From Eledone cirrhosa (Eukaryota), in contig OZ024741.1 of the NCBI GenBank assembly GCA_964016885.1, positions 138,942,001 through 139,006,000 of the forward strand: a stretch of 64,000 bases of DNA. The letters are read 5' to 3'. Both the position numbers and the translations under genes were made by a program. The notes beneath the pieces were generated by a model, which did not search any database, was not told where the DNA came from, and worked only from the letters and a program-made list of their open reading frames with translations. This document shows, in pieces, positions 27,111 to 41,292 of this stretch (positions within the stretch are counted from its first letter, which is position 1; the number at the start of each line of letters is the position of its first letter).

Positions 27111-27702
27111 AGTTTAAACAATGAAATAAAAAATCAAGTCATTAGAAATATACTTCACTGCTTTACGATCCTTTCTAGGTGATGATAATACAGCGTAACT
27201 ATACTTCGTTATCGATCTATGTAAGGTTAGTTACAAAATACCACATAAGGAGAATATTTACTCACATGCATACCAATGGCTGTTGTCAAAAGCAATAATA
27301 ATTGTATTCAAAATTAGTAGTAAATTAGTAGTATGTTTAGTTCTATGACCTTATTTGGAGGTAGCTGAAGAACTAACCAATCAGATTGTTTTTTTCCATA
27401 TGATGTTAAGATGAAAAATAATTCGATTTAGTTGAGGTCATGACCCTTTGAAAGGAATGGTAGAATGGTGTTAATAATAGAATTGCTATAAACAATCTAT
27501 TAGGAAGAAAGGGATTGTCAAATTGATAGTTGAATGTATATGGTATAGTGAAGTTTAAAAGGAATGTAAACATTAGAAGTTGAGTTGTGTTGTATTGAGT
27601 TTTTAGGTGAATATAAATTAAGGTCATGACTAGGAAAGATAGTATATTAAAAGATTAAAATTATAATAAGATAATGAAATACAGTAATACAATAATATAA
27701 TA

Positions 27703-28124
27703 TAATTGTTTCTACTTTTGGCACAAGGCCAGCAATTTGTCAGTACATTACTGGTACTTTATTTTATCGACCCCGTAAGGATGAAAGACAAAGTTAACCT
27801 CGGCGGGATTTGAACACATAATATAATATAATTGTTTCTATTTTAGGCACAATGCCAGCAATTACCCAGTACATTACTGGTACTTTATTTTATCGACCCC
27901 GTAAGGATGAAAGGCAAAGTTAAACTCGGCGGGATTTGAACTCAGATCATAAAGGGACGTAACTCTATGCTTCAAAGCATGGTGTCCGACTCTCTACCGA
28001 TACTGCCAATCCACCGCCCTTAATATAATATAATGTAACACAATATAGTACGGTGTGGTAACATATGGATTACATTGAGTTCTTAATGCATGCAGACTAG
28101 ACCCCACAACTTACCGCGGATATC

Positions 28125-28164
<40 letters not shown>

Positions 28165-28217
28165 CATGAAAGCATGGCGTCCGACCCTCTACTGATACTG
28201 TCAATCCACCACCCTTA
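27703..28217 (-). mobile_element. SINE copies: partial 27703-27815, full 27826-28022, 5' fragment 28149-28217
   Basis: Same family as 938-1125. Confidence 0.85.
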
Positions 28218-28218
28218 A

Positions 28219-30560
28219 ACGTTTCTAGTTTTACAGTTTATCCGGGGGTTTACTTTACATATAATACATTTCCTATTAGTACAGTGGTTTTTCTTAAAAG
28301 GGTATGTTTTGCTGATCAGGGACTTTATGATAGTTCCTGGCTTTTATGCTGCCACCTTAGTTTTTGAGTGGGTCTTTTTCAGGGCCTTTCTACACTGGTT
28401 AGCTAATTCCGCTCCAGGAGTAGCGTGCATGGCTGTTTAGGTAGTCAGTATCATAGGTAAGTCTAAGTAAGAGGTCCAAGGGATAGTGAAGTAGTATGTC
28501 TACCCACGGATAAGTCTGGTAGGATGACAATAGACAGCATGCCCAACTACATCAAGGCTATGCAACCCCACATCACCAACACGAGCGAAATTACACAGCA
28601 AATACATGAGGGGTGAGAGAAGATCCTCAACGCTCACATGATGATGTGGACCGACATCCTAAAGCCAAGCAGATGCACTGCCAACAACGTCCAGGCGTCT
28701 AACAATGACATACAGCCCTTGTATGGGATCCGCAAAGACCATAAGACAGTCGACCACACGACAACAGGACCACCAATAAGACCTGTATGCGGAGCCAATA
28801 TCGCTATTAACTACATGATCTCCTACTTCCTCTCAATGGTTATACATCCCATAATCAAGATGTCCCCAGATATATGTAACAGTTCAAATGACCTCCTCAG
28901 CAGAATCAATGAATGCAACAAAAACAAAAACCTATCTAATTGCATAATAGAATCACTATACTCATCCATTAACATTGATTTTGCTGTGGAAGAATGTGTG
29001 GAGATGATCAGTGAGAGTGAGGTGGAGTTCTGCGACGTCGACAGACGAACTTGGCCTCCTACTTAGACTTACATATGACACTGACTACCTAGACAGCCAT
29101 GACCTTAGCTGTTTATGCCCCAGTAGCCCCATAAGAGGTAAACCCCCCCACCATGACCTCAATGGCAAAAAGGACTCCAATGGGAAGGTGGCTTGGGTGG
29201 ACCAATGCCATACGGAATCCCCAAAACAATGATCAGGTAAGAAAAATGGTCGCACATGCAGTAGGGGCTAGTATTAAAACTACCCTAAAGGGCCACATAT
29301 TCAAATTCAACAAAAGAGATCTACACCCAAAATGAGGGAGCAGCCATTGGCATAGCTAGTGACGTTGCCAACCTTTTTATGGTATGGTGGGTTAGGAGAA
29401 TCAAAGATATCCTTGATGAGAGCTCCATAGACCTCATCATGTACTCCTCGTTACGTAGACGACATTAATATAGTAATAAGGAGACGCCCACAAGAGAGTA
29501 CTAACAAGTATGATTTAGAATGTAGCACAATGGAAAGCATCCAACAGATAGCTAATTCCATACACGAGTGTATAACTGTAACTATCGACTACCCTTCCAA
29601 ACACAGTAGACTACCTGTATTTGACACGGAACTCTGGATTAACACTATAGACGAGAGGGCCCAAATTCTCCACTCACACTACGCTAAACCCGTGGCCTCC
29701 AAATACCTGCTACGCAAAAACTCAGCAATGTCCAGTAGTGCTAAGTTTAATATTCTGATTGCAGACTCGGTACGAGTAATGAAGAACGTGTCCCGCATAT
29801 GTAACCAAAGAGAAATGGAAAGAAACTTTCAACACTTCATCAACCGCCTGCATTTCTCTGGCTACAGCCAAAGAGACAGAATCAGAGTATACGAAGGAGC
29901 CTCGGAGAAGTATAGGACCCTCATAGAACTGGACCTGAAAGGAGTTTGCCCATTATACAGGTCCATGGTATAGCTTAGATAGGACTAAACATGAGATAGG
30001 AAAAGCCATCTCATGGTACGACAACCAGAGATTGTCATGTTCGTGGATGCTACCCCCGGAGGGAAATTAGCTAACCAGTGGAGAAATGCCTTGAGAAAGA
30101 CCCACTTAAAGATTAAGGTGGCAGAAAAGCCAGGAACTACCAGAAAATCCCTAATCAGTAAAACATACCGTTTTAAGAAAACCCACTGTACTAATAGGCA
30201 ATGTATTATATGTAAAGTAAACCCCCGGATAAACTGTAAAACTAGAAACGTAGTCTATATCATAAGATGTACAGAGGGTACTTGCAGAAACATGACAGCA
30301 ACATACATAGGAGAGACAGCTCGTAGCATAGGTGAAAGCATAGACCAACACTGGGGGGAACTAAAAGGACGAAAAAAACGGTTCAGTACTATACGAACAC
30401 GCCAGACAACAACGTGACGGTAACATAGACAACATAGAAATTAAAATAATATGTAAACACAGAAATGACCCAGCAGATAGGCAAATCAGAGAGGCAAGTG
30501 AAATAGAACTTAGAAGGCCAAAGCTAACCAGAGAAATTAATGGAATAACAACAAGACCGA
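28219..30560 (+). mobile_element. Degraded Penelope-like element (RT + GIY-YIG) with an upstream inverted segment
   Basis: TDKSGR, LYGIRKDHK, IRPVC, SLYSSI, GAAIG, RYVDDI, LPVFD, NVVYIIRC..C..YIGETARS; 28219-28430 is an inverted copy of about 30043-30251. Confidence 0.85.
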
Positions 30561-31012
30561 AACAAACAATACTGACCTAAGAGAAATATAAATAAATAAA
30601 TAAATATATACACAAGCACACTAACAACAAACACATATACACACACACTAGTAAACTAAGATAGAATACAATAACCAAAACACAATCACCCAAACGCGAA
30701 CACACACCAAACACTATACACACACGCAAACGCATGCGCAGAGAAGACAAAAATAATTAATAAATAAACAGATTAAATAAAGATGGCGTAGATATACAAT
30801 ACAACAGGAGGAACATAATAGTACCACTGATATATGTGTTTGTGTCTATATTATATCTGTATTTTTGACCGTTGGTCAGTCAATGGTAAACATTGAGGCC
30901 CGAATGAATTAACTGTGGAGATATAAAAGATACAGAAGCGAAAACCAACCAAACAGTGAGAGTGTCCTGTTATTAATTCTGGCAATCTTTTTACAACAAT
31001 ATGACCCTCACC

Positions 31013-31059
31013 AAGTATAACAATATTTGTTTCGACACACGATTTCATATCAAATACTT
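31013..31059 (-). ncRNA. Degenerate type I hammerhead (U3-A8 type, A9 changed to U)
   Basis: AAGTAT-TTGATAT-GA..TC-GAAA-CAAATATTG-TT-ATACTT; perfect 6-bp stem I. Confidence 0.45.
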
Positions 31060-31063
31060 CACA

Positions 31064-31177
<114 letters not shown>

Positions 31178-31404
31178 CACACAGATACATGCGGACACAC
31201 ACATATATACATGAGTGCATCCGCACCCAACTGTGAGTTAAGGGTGCCAACTTCACCGATGTTGCTCAATGAATGACTGGGACAGACCAATTCAGTTTGA
31301 ACTAGACTGAACCAGTATCAGAGTTAAAAATACATTATGAAGAGAGAAGAAACATTTAGATATAATTAGTAATAAAATGTATCATACCTAAACTGTTCCT
31401 AAAT

Positions 31405-31492
31405 TCCTCGACTACGTAGTTTCGTGGCATAAACAAAAACAATATATCAAAGATATAGAGTCCTTGCGAGGTCTGCCGACTTATCAAGAGGA
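31405..31492 (-). ncRNA. Type I hammerhead ribozyme, U3-A8 core variant
   Basis: Reverse complement of 32355-32442. Confidence 0.78.
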
Positions 31493-32354
31493 TACCTCAT
31501 TTTACTAGTCTCAAGAACGCGTCTATACGACGTGAGAAAGAATCCCAAAAGGCGGAGGGGGAGATAGTCACGCGATATAACGGTCGAGAAACAGAGCTAA
31601 GCCTCTTATAACCACGAAGAAAATACCACGGAGGCGGAGGGGGTATTCATATCGAGGCCGCAGAAGAGGTAGTGAAGAAGGCGAGAAGTATGAGTAATGG
31701 AAGCTTTCCAGTTGTCCCCACACTTCAAAGATTGCTCGACCAGAGGGAGTTATTAATATATTTAGAAACACACAGATACATGCGGACACACACATATATA
31801 CATGAGTGCATCCGCACCCAACTGTGAGTTAAGGGTGCCAACTTCACCGATGTTGCTCAATGAATGACTGGGACAGACCAATTCAGTTTGAACTAGACTG
31901 AACCAGTATCAGAGTTAAAAATACATTTTTAACTCTGATACTGGTTCAGTCTAGTTCAAACTGAATTGGTCTGTCCCAGTCATTCATTGAGCAACATCGG
32001 TGAAGTTGGCACCCTTAACTCACAGTTGGGTGCGGATGCACTCATGTATATATGTGTGTGTCCGCATGTATCTGTGTGTTTCTAAATATATTAATAACTC
32101 CCTCTGGTCGAGCAATCTTTGAAGTGTGGGGACAACTGGAAAGCTTCCATTACTCATACTTCTCGCCTTCTTCACTACCTCTTCTGCGGCCTCGATATGA
32201 ATACCCCCTCCGCCTCCGTGGTATTTTCTTCGTGGTTATAAGAGGCTTAGCTCTGTTTCTCGACCGTTATATCGCATGACTATCTCCCCCTCCGCCTTTT
32301 GGGATTCTTTCTCACGTCGTATAGACGCGTTCTTGAGACTAGTAAAATGAGGTA

Positions 32355-32442
32355 TCCTCTTGATAAGTCGGCAGACCTCGCAAGGACTCTATATCTTTGA
32401 TATATTGTTTTTGTTTATGCCACGAAACTACGTAGTCGAGGA
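32355..32442 (+). ncRNA. Type I hammerhead ribozyme, U3-A8 core variant
   Basis: TCCTC-TTGATAA-GT(C)GGCA...TGCCAC-GAAA-CTACGTAG-TC-GAGGA; predicted GUC cleavage after 32437. Confidence 0.78.
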
Positions 32443-32511
32443 ATTTAGGAACAGTTTAGGTATGATACATTTTATTACTAATTATATCTAAATGTTTCTT
32501 CTCTCTTCATA

Positions 32512-32552
<41 letters not shown>

Positions 32553-32581
32553 AAAGAATAGAGGTGTAACACACAAGTTAT

Positions 32582-32985
32582 TATATATTGGTAAACGGAA
32601 TAGAAAATGCTGACAAATTGTTCACAGTTGAAAAATGGTTTAATTAGGAATAAAAGAGTATTAGTGATTGTATGGGTTAGTATTCAGTTGTGGTTTTAAG
32701 TTTTTAAGATTTTACCGGTTGCGCATTTCTAAATGCTTTTCAAAAATCATTTTGAGATAGAGTGTCCGTGCTGTTTGCTCTGATCTGAGCAAACAGCACG
32801 GACACTCTATCTCAAAATTATTTTTGAAAAGCATTTAGAAATGCGCAACCGGTAAAAACTTAAAAACTTAAAACCACAACTGAATACTAACCCATACAAT
32901 CACTAATACTCTTTTATTCCTAATTAAACCATTTTTCAACTGTGAACAATTTGTCAGCATTTTCTATTCCGTTTACCAATATATA
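32582..32985. repeat. Near-perfect palindrome (~200-bp arms, centre 32783/32784) with an HHR-like motif in each arm
   Basis: Arms are reverse complements apart from a few differences; flanked by (TA)n. Confidence 0.92.
32708..32748 (-). ncRNA. Minimal hammerhead, U3-A8 core, GCAA in place of GAAA (mirror copy 32821-32857 +)
   Basis: GATTT-TTGAAAA-GCATT TAGA AATGC-GCAA-CCGG-TA-AAATC. Confidence 0.6.
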
Positions 32986-33084
32986 TATATATATAATAAA
33001 AAAATTGAACAGGGACAGAACAGAGAGGCAGTACGACAAATGTTTATTAGATTCACGCTCAGGAGAGTGGGGGGTAGGTGGAGG

Positions 33085-33116
33085 ACGACGTTTCGGGCAT
33101 AAGCCCTTCTTCAGGT
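33085..33116 (-). ncRNA. Minimal PLE-type hammerhead in a short pLTR remnant (32997-33118)
   Basis: AC-CTGAAGA-A-GGGC TTAT GCCC-GAAA-CG-TC-GT, followed by AATAAA; stem I cut short by (TA)n. Confidence 0.7.
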
Positions 33117-33122
33117 AATATG

Positions 33123-33160
<38 letters not shown>

Positions 33161-36100
33161 TATATACATTTATGTGTAGAGCTGTAAGTGTCTAGGCCAT
33201 CATTCTACCTGCAGCCTACTTTTTTTTTATTTATTAGTAAAAGTTATTTTAACTTTTCGAAATTAGCAATTAAAATTGATGTGTCAACAAATGTAGATTT
33301 TCTGAAGATAATTACACTTCATTTTTTAAAGTACGTGAAATAAATTGCAAGTCAGAATGAATGATTACTTTATAAAACAGCAAGCAATGGGCGATGGTAA
33401 ATAAGTGCAGCGTGTGAACATTTAATGTATTAAACAATCATTTATTTGTCAACTTAAATACAAACATATATAACACATCGCCAGACAACTGCTGTTGCTG
33501 ATAAATAAAGATATACGTTCACATATATACGCACGCACACATACAAATACATTTATATTTATATATATAACCAAAGATAGACACGTACAAGAGATTTCCA
33601 CGATATAATTTCATCCGCCAATTTGACTAACACTCAATATGTTTGTACCCGTACTCATTTTACTGTGAAGTGTATTAATTAACCACACATACATTACTGC
33701 GCTCCTTCAACGTTCCCTTAGCAGCTTTGTTTCCAACTCCCACCAAAACGTCTATGCGTCTGTGTAATAAACAACTAGTTTTAAAGTGGTCATATTCTTA
33801 ATGATAGTTCACAGCTTACTTTATGTGAAAAAGATTTATTGAAATATAACCTTATTTATGAGCGAATTAATAATTTTAGTAAAATAACTCCACATTCTCA
33901 ATTAATTAATGAACGTTAGTGCATTTCGTTAGACATACAGCCACAACTGTGGAAGCTTTTAGTTCATAAGTTACTTAACTTTTGACTTCAAACATTTGTA
34001 TAATTCTCCATCATTCTGATTGGGTTGATAGCGTTTGTCTTAATGGTTTCATGCATTTTACGAAATGTGTTATCTTCTTGAGTGAAAAGCATATCTCAAT
34101 TTTCACCTCATTTGATTTCGACATTAATCATAAGCTGAGGTGACAAGCATGTCTTATCCCCAAGGATATCAGAGGAGTAATTGAAAGAAATTCAACAAGG
34201 ATTGCAGTCAAGATCTTAACATCTGTGATAATGCCATCATTTCATTAGAATATTCCACCATATCAGGTAAAACTAACATGTTTATTCCTGTTCAAAGAAA
34301 TATTAAAATACATCATATCAAATCCTATAACAAAGCATTGTTACCACAATGCAAACAGAACTAGATTTAAATGTTCTGGAAAGAAGCAGGAGGTGATTGT
34401 GTCGTATGTTTGATAAGTATGAAAATGAGTTGAGGGATGGAAATGATATGGAAGGAAGCAGATGAAGGTAGGTGATCAGCATAGCTATGGGTAAATATGA
34501 AAGAGAAGGAAATAAAAGCCAGAAGGCTGGTGAAGAGGGATGCGGATGATAAAGCAAAACGGTAAAGTTTGTCATAAAACCTACAAATCTTACTACTTTT
34601 ATGAGATGGTGGTAATACTTAGTTCTAGGGAGCCGATACAATGCGAATTAAGAGCATAGGAATGACACCTAGAATAAAGTTACGTAATAACAAACATCAC
34701 ACAGCATTTTGTAGTCCTATCTACTAAATTTCATGACAACTCAATGTATTTTATATGAAGTATTACGAGATATGTAACTTTGACTTTTTTAGTGGTAGAA
34801 TGCTGCTATCATGCAACCAGTATTAATATCATCAACATCGTATATACCATCGCCACCATGATTAATATTACTATCGAGAACACCACCCTCTATATTACAA
34901 ACAACACCATTGCTAGCAACCCCCACCTTCAACACGACTTATATTACCATCACCATGACATCCATCAACATTACCACCATCAAAAGTGCAAACAACAGCA
35001 CTAGCAGTTATCCCCACCATCTACACGACATCCTTCAACCTTACCACCAGCGCCACGCCACCAACCCTCCTTACTGCTATTACTAGCAACACTGCAATTA
35101 ACAATCGCCAACGTCGAAAGAGAATCCTTCCATTTCATCTTAAGTGAATCAATGTCACAATTGTATCAATCTACATTGTCCTATTAGAAGATAATTATTT
35201 CTTTAATTTGGCCAAATCACTCTCTCATCATTTGCAGTTAAACTTCTATGATGCAGCGTTTGAATTTATGGTAGTATAAACATGAAGGTATACGGCTTTG
35301 TGGTTAGGCTGCTCGACTCACAAAGGTGAGTTTGAAAAAATATATCTGGAATATTTAGCCACTTGCACGTTAATTTCGCAAGCTAGCTCTTCCGACGTTC
35401 AAACAACTTAGAAATTCCTCGTCGGAACCGACAGAGGTCTACCACAACCATTCCCTTTTTATATGAAATTTTGAGCCTAGGATTGATTAAATATGTGTAA
35501 TGCACAGTGTATAAATTCAGTGTGGTCGAATAGTTAAGAAATTCGCTTTGTAGCGATTAGGTCGTTCGTTCGCCCCCACTGCATGCACCTTAAAAAACGT
35601 CATTTAAAATAATCCCACGTCGATCCATGCCATATGTGTGATTGAGTAGAAGGAAAGCATTATTGAAAAGACCAGCTTTGACACAAACTTTGTCACGCTG
35701 ACTCCTGTTGAGAATTCCTTTAGATGCGCACTTGTTTGTAGACTGCTCAACCATCATCCACTAATATGTTGACGGTTGTTCTTTTGACGGAACATTGGAA
35801 GAATCATCATCGAAATAGTCTGTATTAAGAGTGAAGTTTGGCTTGGTTCTTATTATTAGTCATATTAATAATCCACTCATCAGTTGGTTTAGTAACCGAA
35901 TTGCTATTTAGTTATAAGAGCTATATCGCCTCACCTTCTGTGACATTCTAAATTCGTATTTTTTCAAACCGCCACTTTTCTTCCTTTGTATTTTGATCTC
36001 GTTACCCTACCTTGTCTTCCGTAGGGTGTGTATGTTGTTTACACCTCCGTGCGTACGGATATGTGTGTTATAATATAAAGACGAAATACAGACCATTATA

Positions 36101-36184
36101 TATACTGAAATCATATTTGTATTTCCTTCTTTAATCAATAAATGGACCAATGTTATTAATGAGAGAATCGCTTGGTGTTTTTTG

Positions 36185-36377
36185 AGCGGTGGTGGATTTG
36201 CAGTATCGGTAGAGGGTCTGACGCCATGCTTTGACGGATAGAAATACGGCCCTTGCCATTCTGAGTTCAAATCCCACCGAGGTTAACTTTGACTTTCATC
36301 TTTAAAGGGTCGATAAAAAAGTACCAGTAATGCACTAGGTACTTGATGGCCTTGTGCCAAAAGTAGAAACAATTATT
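36185..36377 (+). mobile_element. tRNA-derived SINE, full copy
   Basis: GAGTTCAAATCCC B-box; ends CCTTGTGCCAAAAGTAGAAACAATTATT. Confidence 0.85.
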
Positions 36378-39370
36378 TTACATAAGTTTGTTCTCACTTT
36401 TGGACAGCTATATACAAACTTAAATACGAATTTTAATTTATAATCTTCACATTTTAAAATAAAATATTGATCTTTCACGAAAACCAAATTACATCTCCAG
36501 GTGCGCCAGAATACTGTTGTCACAGTTTAGTAATCAAAATAATCAAAAGACTAAACAAAATGAGGAGTGGTGAAAATATATTAAATGTATGTAAAAAGGG
36601 AATTTCAAATACTGGTTTACAAGTGAAAACATATCATCACATGAATAATGTAACTAAAGGAAAGTATATGTTGTTGGACAACATGTGGTTCCTACGGTGA
36701 GGGTTCGGGCTATTTGATCAATTAATTATCCAGCCCGTAAAATTCACTTTCAGGTTCCTGAGCATAATCTGGTGTTTTAATTTTTAAATGCGGCATTTGT
36801 CCAGGAGAACTTCTGAACGTATCTCTAAAATCAATGTATAAGAAAACACGATTATACACCGGTGAAAACATCTATATATCAGCAAGACAAGAAAGATCCA
36901 CAATCAAGAGCCATACTCAACAGGATGCGGACACGTCATTTGAACCTCGACATCGCAGATTTACTGATCGGTGAATGTAGATTATAACACACAACATTAT
37001 CATTCGCAAATAAATAAAATAAATATATTAGTATGATCGACTTAAAGAACGCGGTATCTCAGCTTGAACATAGTCTACTCGATGAAGCCAATAAAAAGGA
37101 TAACAGAATATGTGTGTTGTGGGTGTTTCCATATAAATTCTATAGAACATGGAGACTCCATATAGTTAATTTGTATCGTGCATACGCCTCAGTTTGTGGG
37201 GGTGAATACTGATTTTACGTACGAAGTAAGTATTGTCTGATGCCAAGTTTACAGCAAAGTTCTAACTTTTTTCAGCTTATCTAACCTGCGTATACAATAC
37301 AGCAGTACGATACCTTTAAAACTGACTTACAACTGTGGTAAAAGAAAGAAAATGCTCCTGTAGAGATATTAACACTAATGGTATTATTTAGCTTCTTTCC
37401 CCCGAAAAGAGTTGGAAGCTTGTAAATACACATGGCCTTGTTTATAGATTTAGTCAGTAGTAAAATCAAGGCGGTGAATTGGATGATGCGTAACAGCGTC
37501 ATATTACAAATTCCATGGTATCTGTTCTGGCCCTCATCACTATGAATTTATACCCACCAATGTCAACGTTGGGTTTCATCCTTGCAAGTTCAAATAAAAC
37601 AGTACAATTCCAGTACTGGGATCGATTCTTACTCGTTTACTCGATGCCTTTTTTTTCTGGAAAAAAATCTAGAGAGGAGGTGGCTTCACTGGATTTAAAA
37701 TGCCTAAAACAGTGTGTCATGACGGCGACGCTAGAAGCCCATCAATACTTAATGGAGTTTTACCTACCAATATATATATTGGAGCGACACTTGTAAGGTT
37801 TAAATTGGGAACGTAAAATAAAGTAACTAAACATATCAATGTTCTAAAAATCATATCATGTCATATATCTTTACAATTCTCATAAGCTTTATTACGAAAT
37901 CTATTCTGTATAATTTGCGTTGAGCTAAATTCAAACTACAATCAGTATTTCAGTCAGGCCCTACTCTAGGGACAGGCTGTCTGAAGATATCATCAGTATC
38001 TCGTAATATTATTAGCCTAATTTAAGAGAATGATAATAATTAACGCTATTAATGTGATGGCTCATCTAAAATATTCTTATTTGCAGTACCGTTAAAATCA
38101 GTTGAGATGTTTATAGAATATTTATTAAGATTAATTGATTGTACTTTCAAAAGTAAGTCATGTACTGTACACACTTAACTTGAGGTAATATAGTTATGAC
38201 CCTTTATATATTCATTTTAAATCCCAAACGAACTTGAATTTTCATTTCATTAACAAGGCGAGTACCAGTCAAACATTGAAACATAAATCGACTTATCCTA
38301 GAGATACATTGTTGTAATTTATTCTACAGGCAATAAACTACGGTTTTCTATTGACTAAACATCTTGGCGCTCATCTGGTTGAACGGAGTTCGATACCGGG
38401 CTTAGTAAATCACATTGTTTTATGTAATCTAATGGCTAGAGTGCATGCCACACTTTTAGTGAACAGGGAGACTGGGTGTGCTCTTGATCAACACTTATTC
38501 ATTTCAAATGTTTTACTTAAAAGGTCCTGGGGAACTATTCTCAAAATACTGGACAAACCCTGTACGAGATGAAACATTCTGGATGTTAGCTAAACATGTA
38601 CGGATATGAGCTATTAATGACAGGATTTTAGCCCCTATCATTATAACACGGCATAAATCCATGTTATGAAATATTGTAGGAGACCAGCTAAATCTGCATA
38701 GATGTGAGGTCTATATTTTCATGACATATTTTAATTAGATATATTCTAGACATCGTGTAAAATATGTCAAATACAGACTTTATTCATTTGTTCCAGCAGA
38801 CGTAATCATCCGCCTCATCCGTTCTACAGGAATGCAACTGCTATTTTTATGCATTTAATCTTCGTGTTCTATACTACTCTAGTCAGATTTGCCATAACTA
38901 GTGAGAACATTGTTATACTCCACAGTAGGAAGTGTTTTGTGGCATTTGTTCCAGCCCCTCACGTTCCGCGTGAATGCAGCTATGCTGTTCATCATACCTG
39001 ACTCGATAAATCTTTTGCCTGTGGTAGAACTCGTTATTTTAGAGATTGTTGAGTGTCGGCAACATAAGAATTTTAGGGGTTTGTTCAACATCGGCTTTGA
39101 CGACAAGTGTTCTTGTGTTGCAATCAACGGGAGAGGCTGCTCCTTGATAACCTAGTTCTCATTGGATTTACAAGTATAATTGGTATTGTTGTAAGTAAGT
39201 GGACAGAACCAACCTGAAATGAATTGATTTGCTCAAAAGAAATAATCACAGTCACCAATCGAATAAAATAGTTTACGATCCGGAACGGGAAACCAGAAAC
39301 CAGATATACTAAACCACATGCATTTACAGTCGTCTGCTACATATCAAATTACAACAAGTTATCATGCATC

Positions 39371-39449
39371 ATTATAATCTGCGTCCCAGTAATGTACTGG
39401 GTAATTGCTGGCCTTGTGCCTAAAGTAGAAACAATTATAATCTGCGTCC
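39371..39449 (+). mobile_element. 47-bp 3' end of the SINE with a perfect 16-bp target-site duplication
   Basis: ATTATAATCTGCGTCC at 39371-39386 and 39434-39449. Confidence 0.9.
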
Positions 39450-40487
39450 GTTATTTCTCAGAGCAAATCTCATTTCTCATTATATAAAAGAATAATTTAG
39501 AAAATGGCACGGTGTTTCAACTTCCAATGTTAATATACATTCATCTACATTATTTTCTTTTACTTACATGGTTTCCAAATTTTAGTTTCCAAAATGTTTC
39601 TAGTTTTTGTCTTTTCGGAACGTATTTATTTAGCTTGTTGTTGTTATCATCTATAGTTCTCTGCAATATATTCCGATTCATATCAAAGTCGATTTTTGTT
39701 TTACAACAATATATGTTTTCCTTAACACTGTCCACTTCTAATCTATTATTTCATAAGATAATTTCTTTATTTTAAGGATTCCAATATTGACTGTCGTGCC
39801 AGGGCATTATTTAAGCAGTACTACTTAGGAAGAATTATTTATTAAATATGTGCGTTACTTTGCCGGCATCTCAACGTAAAATATGTAATCTATAATATAA
39901 TTTATTCGTTCATTTTTTCGCGTGTATATTTCCTAATATTATCTTCTGTTTATTTAACAGAAATTGTTGATTACGAAGAAAGAATAAATGGAAAGAAACG
40001 AATTCAATTTATTCTGATGAAGATATGGTATATCGCGATGTGTTCCGACATGGCTTGGTGGTTGAAAAATTCGATGATGTTCTATGTACAATTTTCCTGC
40101 ATGGGACATTGATCATAGCCTCAGAGTAGTCCTTAAAGTTAGATTAGAATGTGAAGGAGGGGAATATTACCGAATATCCTATGTATTACAAAGGATCCTG
40201 TCATAAGACAGCTCCCATGCTGGTTCCAATTCTTGAAATGTCGATCTAAATTTACTTATTCGTGTTTTTGGATAATTGCCTAACGTGCTGCAGGATTAGC
40301 ATATTTAATAGGTTGTCAGATAAATGCCATTGCGGTATTTGTTCTTGTCTTTACATTCCTTGTTCAAGTCCCACCTAGTACAAGTCAGATACTAAAAATG
40401 CCTATCCACCAACTTATGAATAACCAGTGTGCTTGATTTCTAAGATGAATTCCAAATTATTCCTCTATATGCACAGACAAAGATATA

Positions 40488-40563
<76 letters not shown>

Positions 40564-40570
<7 letters not shown>

Positions 40571-41292
40571 GACGTAAAATAAGAAAATTATAATAATTAA
40601 TTTACTTACTTAAGTTTCACTCGAACAAATTAGTTTCTGAAAGGGGATATACATAGTGATCAAAACTATGGAGAATCCACTCTTCATCAGGGAGTCGATT
40701 CTCGGCTAAGATCCCTGACGATAGGCGGACACAGGGAGCTCAAATAAAAATAATTCAGTGAATGGAAAAAAAGCAAGCGTGGACTAAATTTCAAGACACT
40801 GAAAATTTCCCTGCCTTCCCGGTTAGTGGCAAATTCAAAAGAATCAATCACGTGACATCGCGGTTAATCAGTGAGAAGTGGGGTTAAAAAGACAGTAGCT
40901 AAAATGTTATTATGAACCATAGCAGTAATTTAGGCAAATTTTTGCTCAACAAAATAATTTGGAGATATTTATAAAGAATTAGTATATCTACCAACATTTT
41001 TATAAAAAAGAATACTTAACCTAGCAAGATATAGATTCTGTCTTAGTAACTTTGGGCTTCAATACAAAAATGTAGAACAATTATATGAAAGACGTAAAAT
41101 AAGAAAATTATAATAATTAACTTACTTAAGTTTCACTCCAACTAATTAGTTTCTGAAAGGGGATGTACATAGTGTTCAAAACTATGGAGAATATGTTCTT
41201 CATAAGGGAGTCAATTCTCGGCTAAGATCCCTGGCGATAGGCGGACACAGGGAGGTCAAACAAAAATAATTCAGTGAATGGAAAAAAAGCAA

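Noticed and set aside
31568-32279. Identical 75-aa ORFs on opposite strands
   Set aside because: Consequence of the palindrome; no recognisable domain
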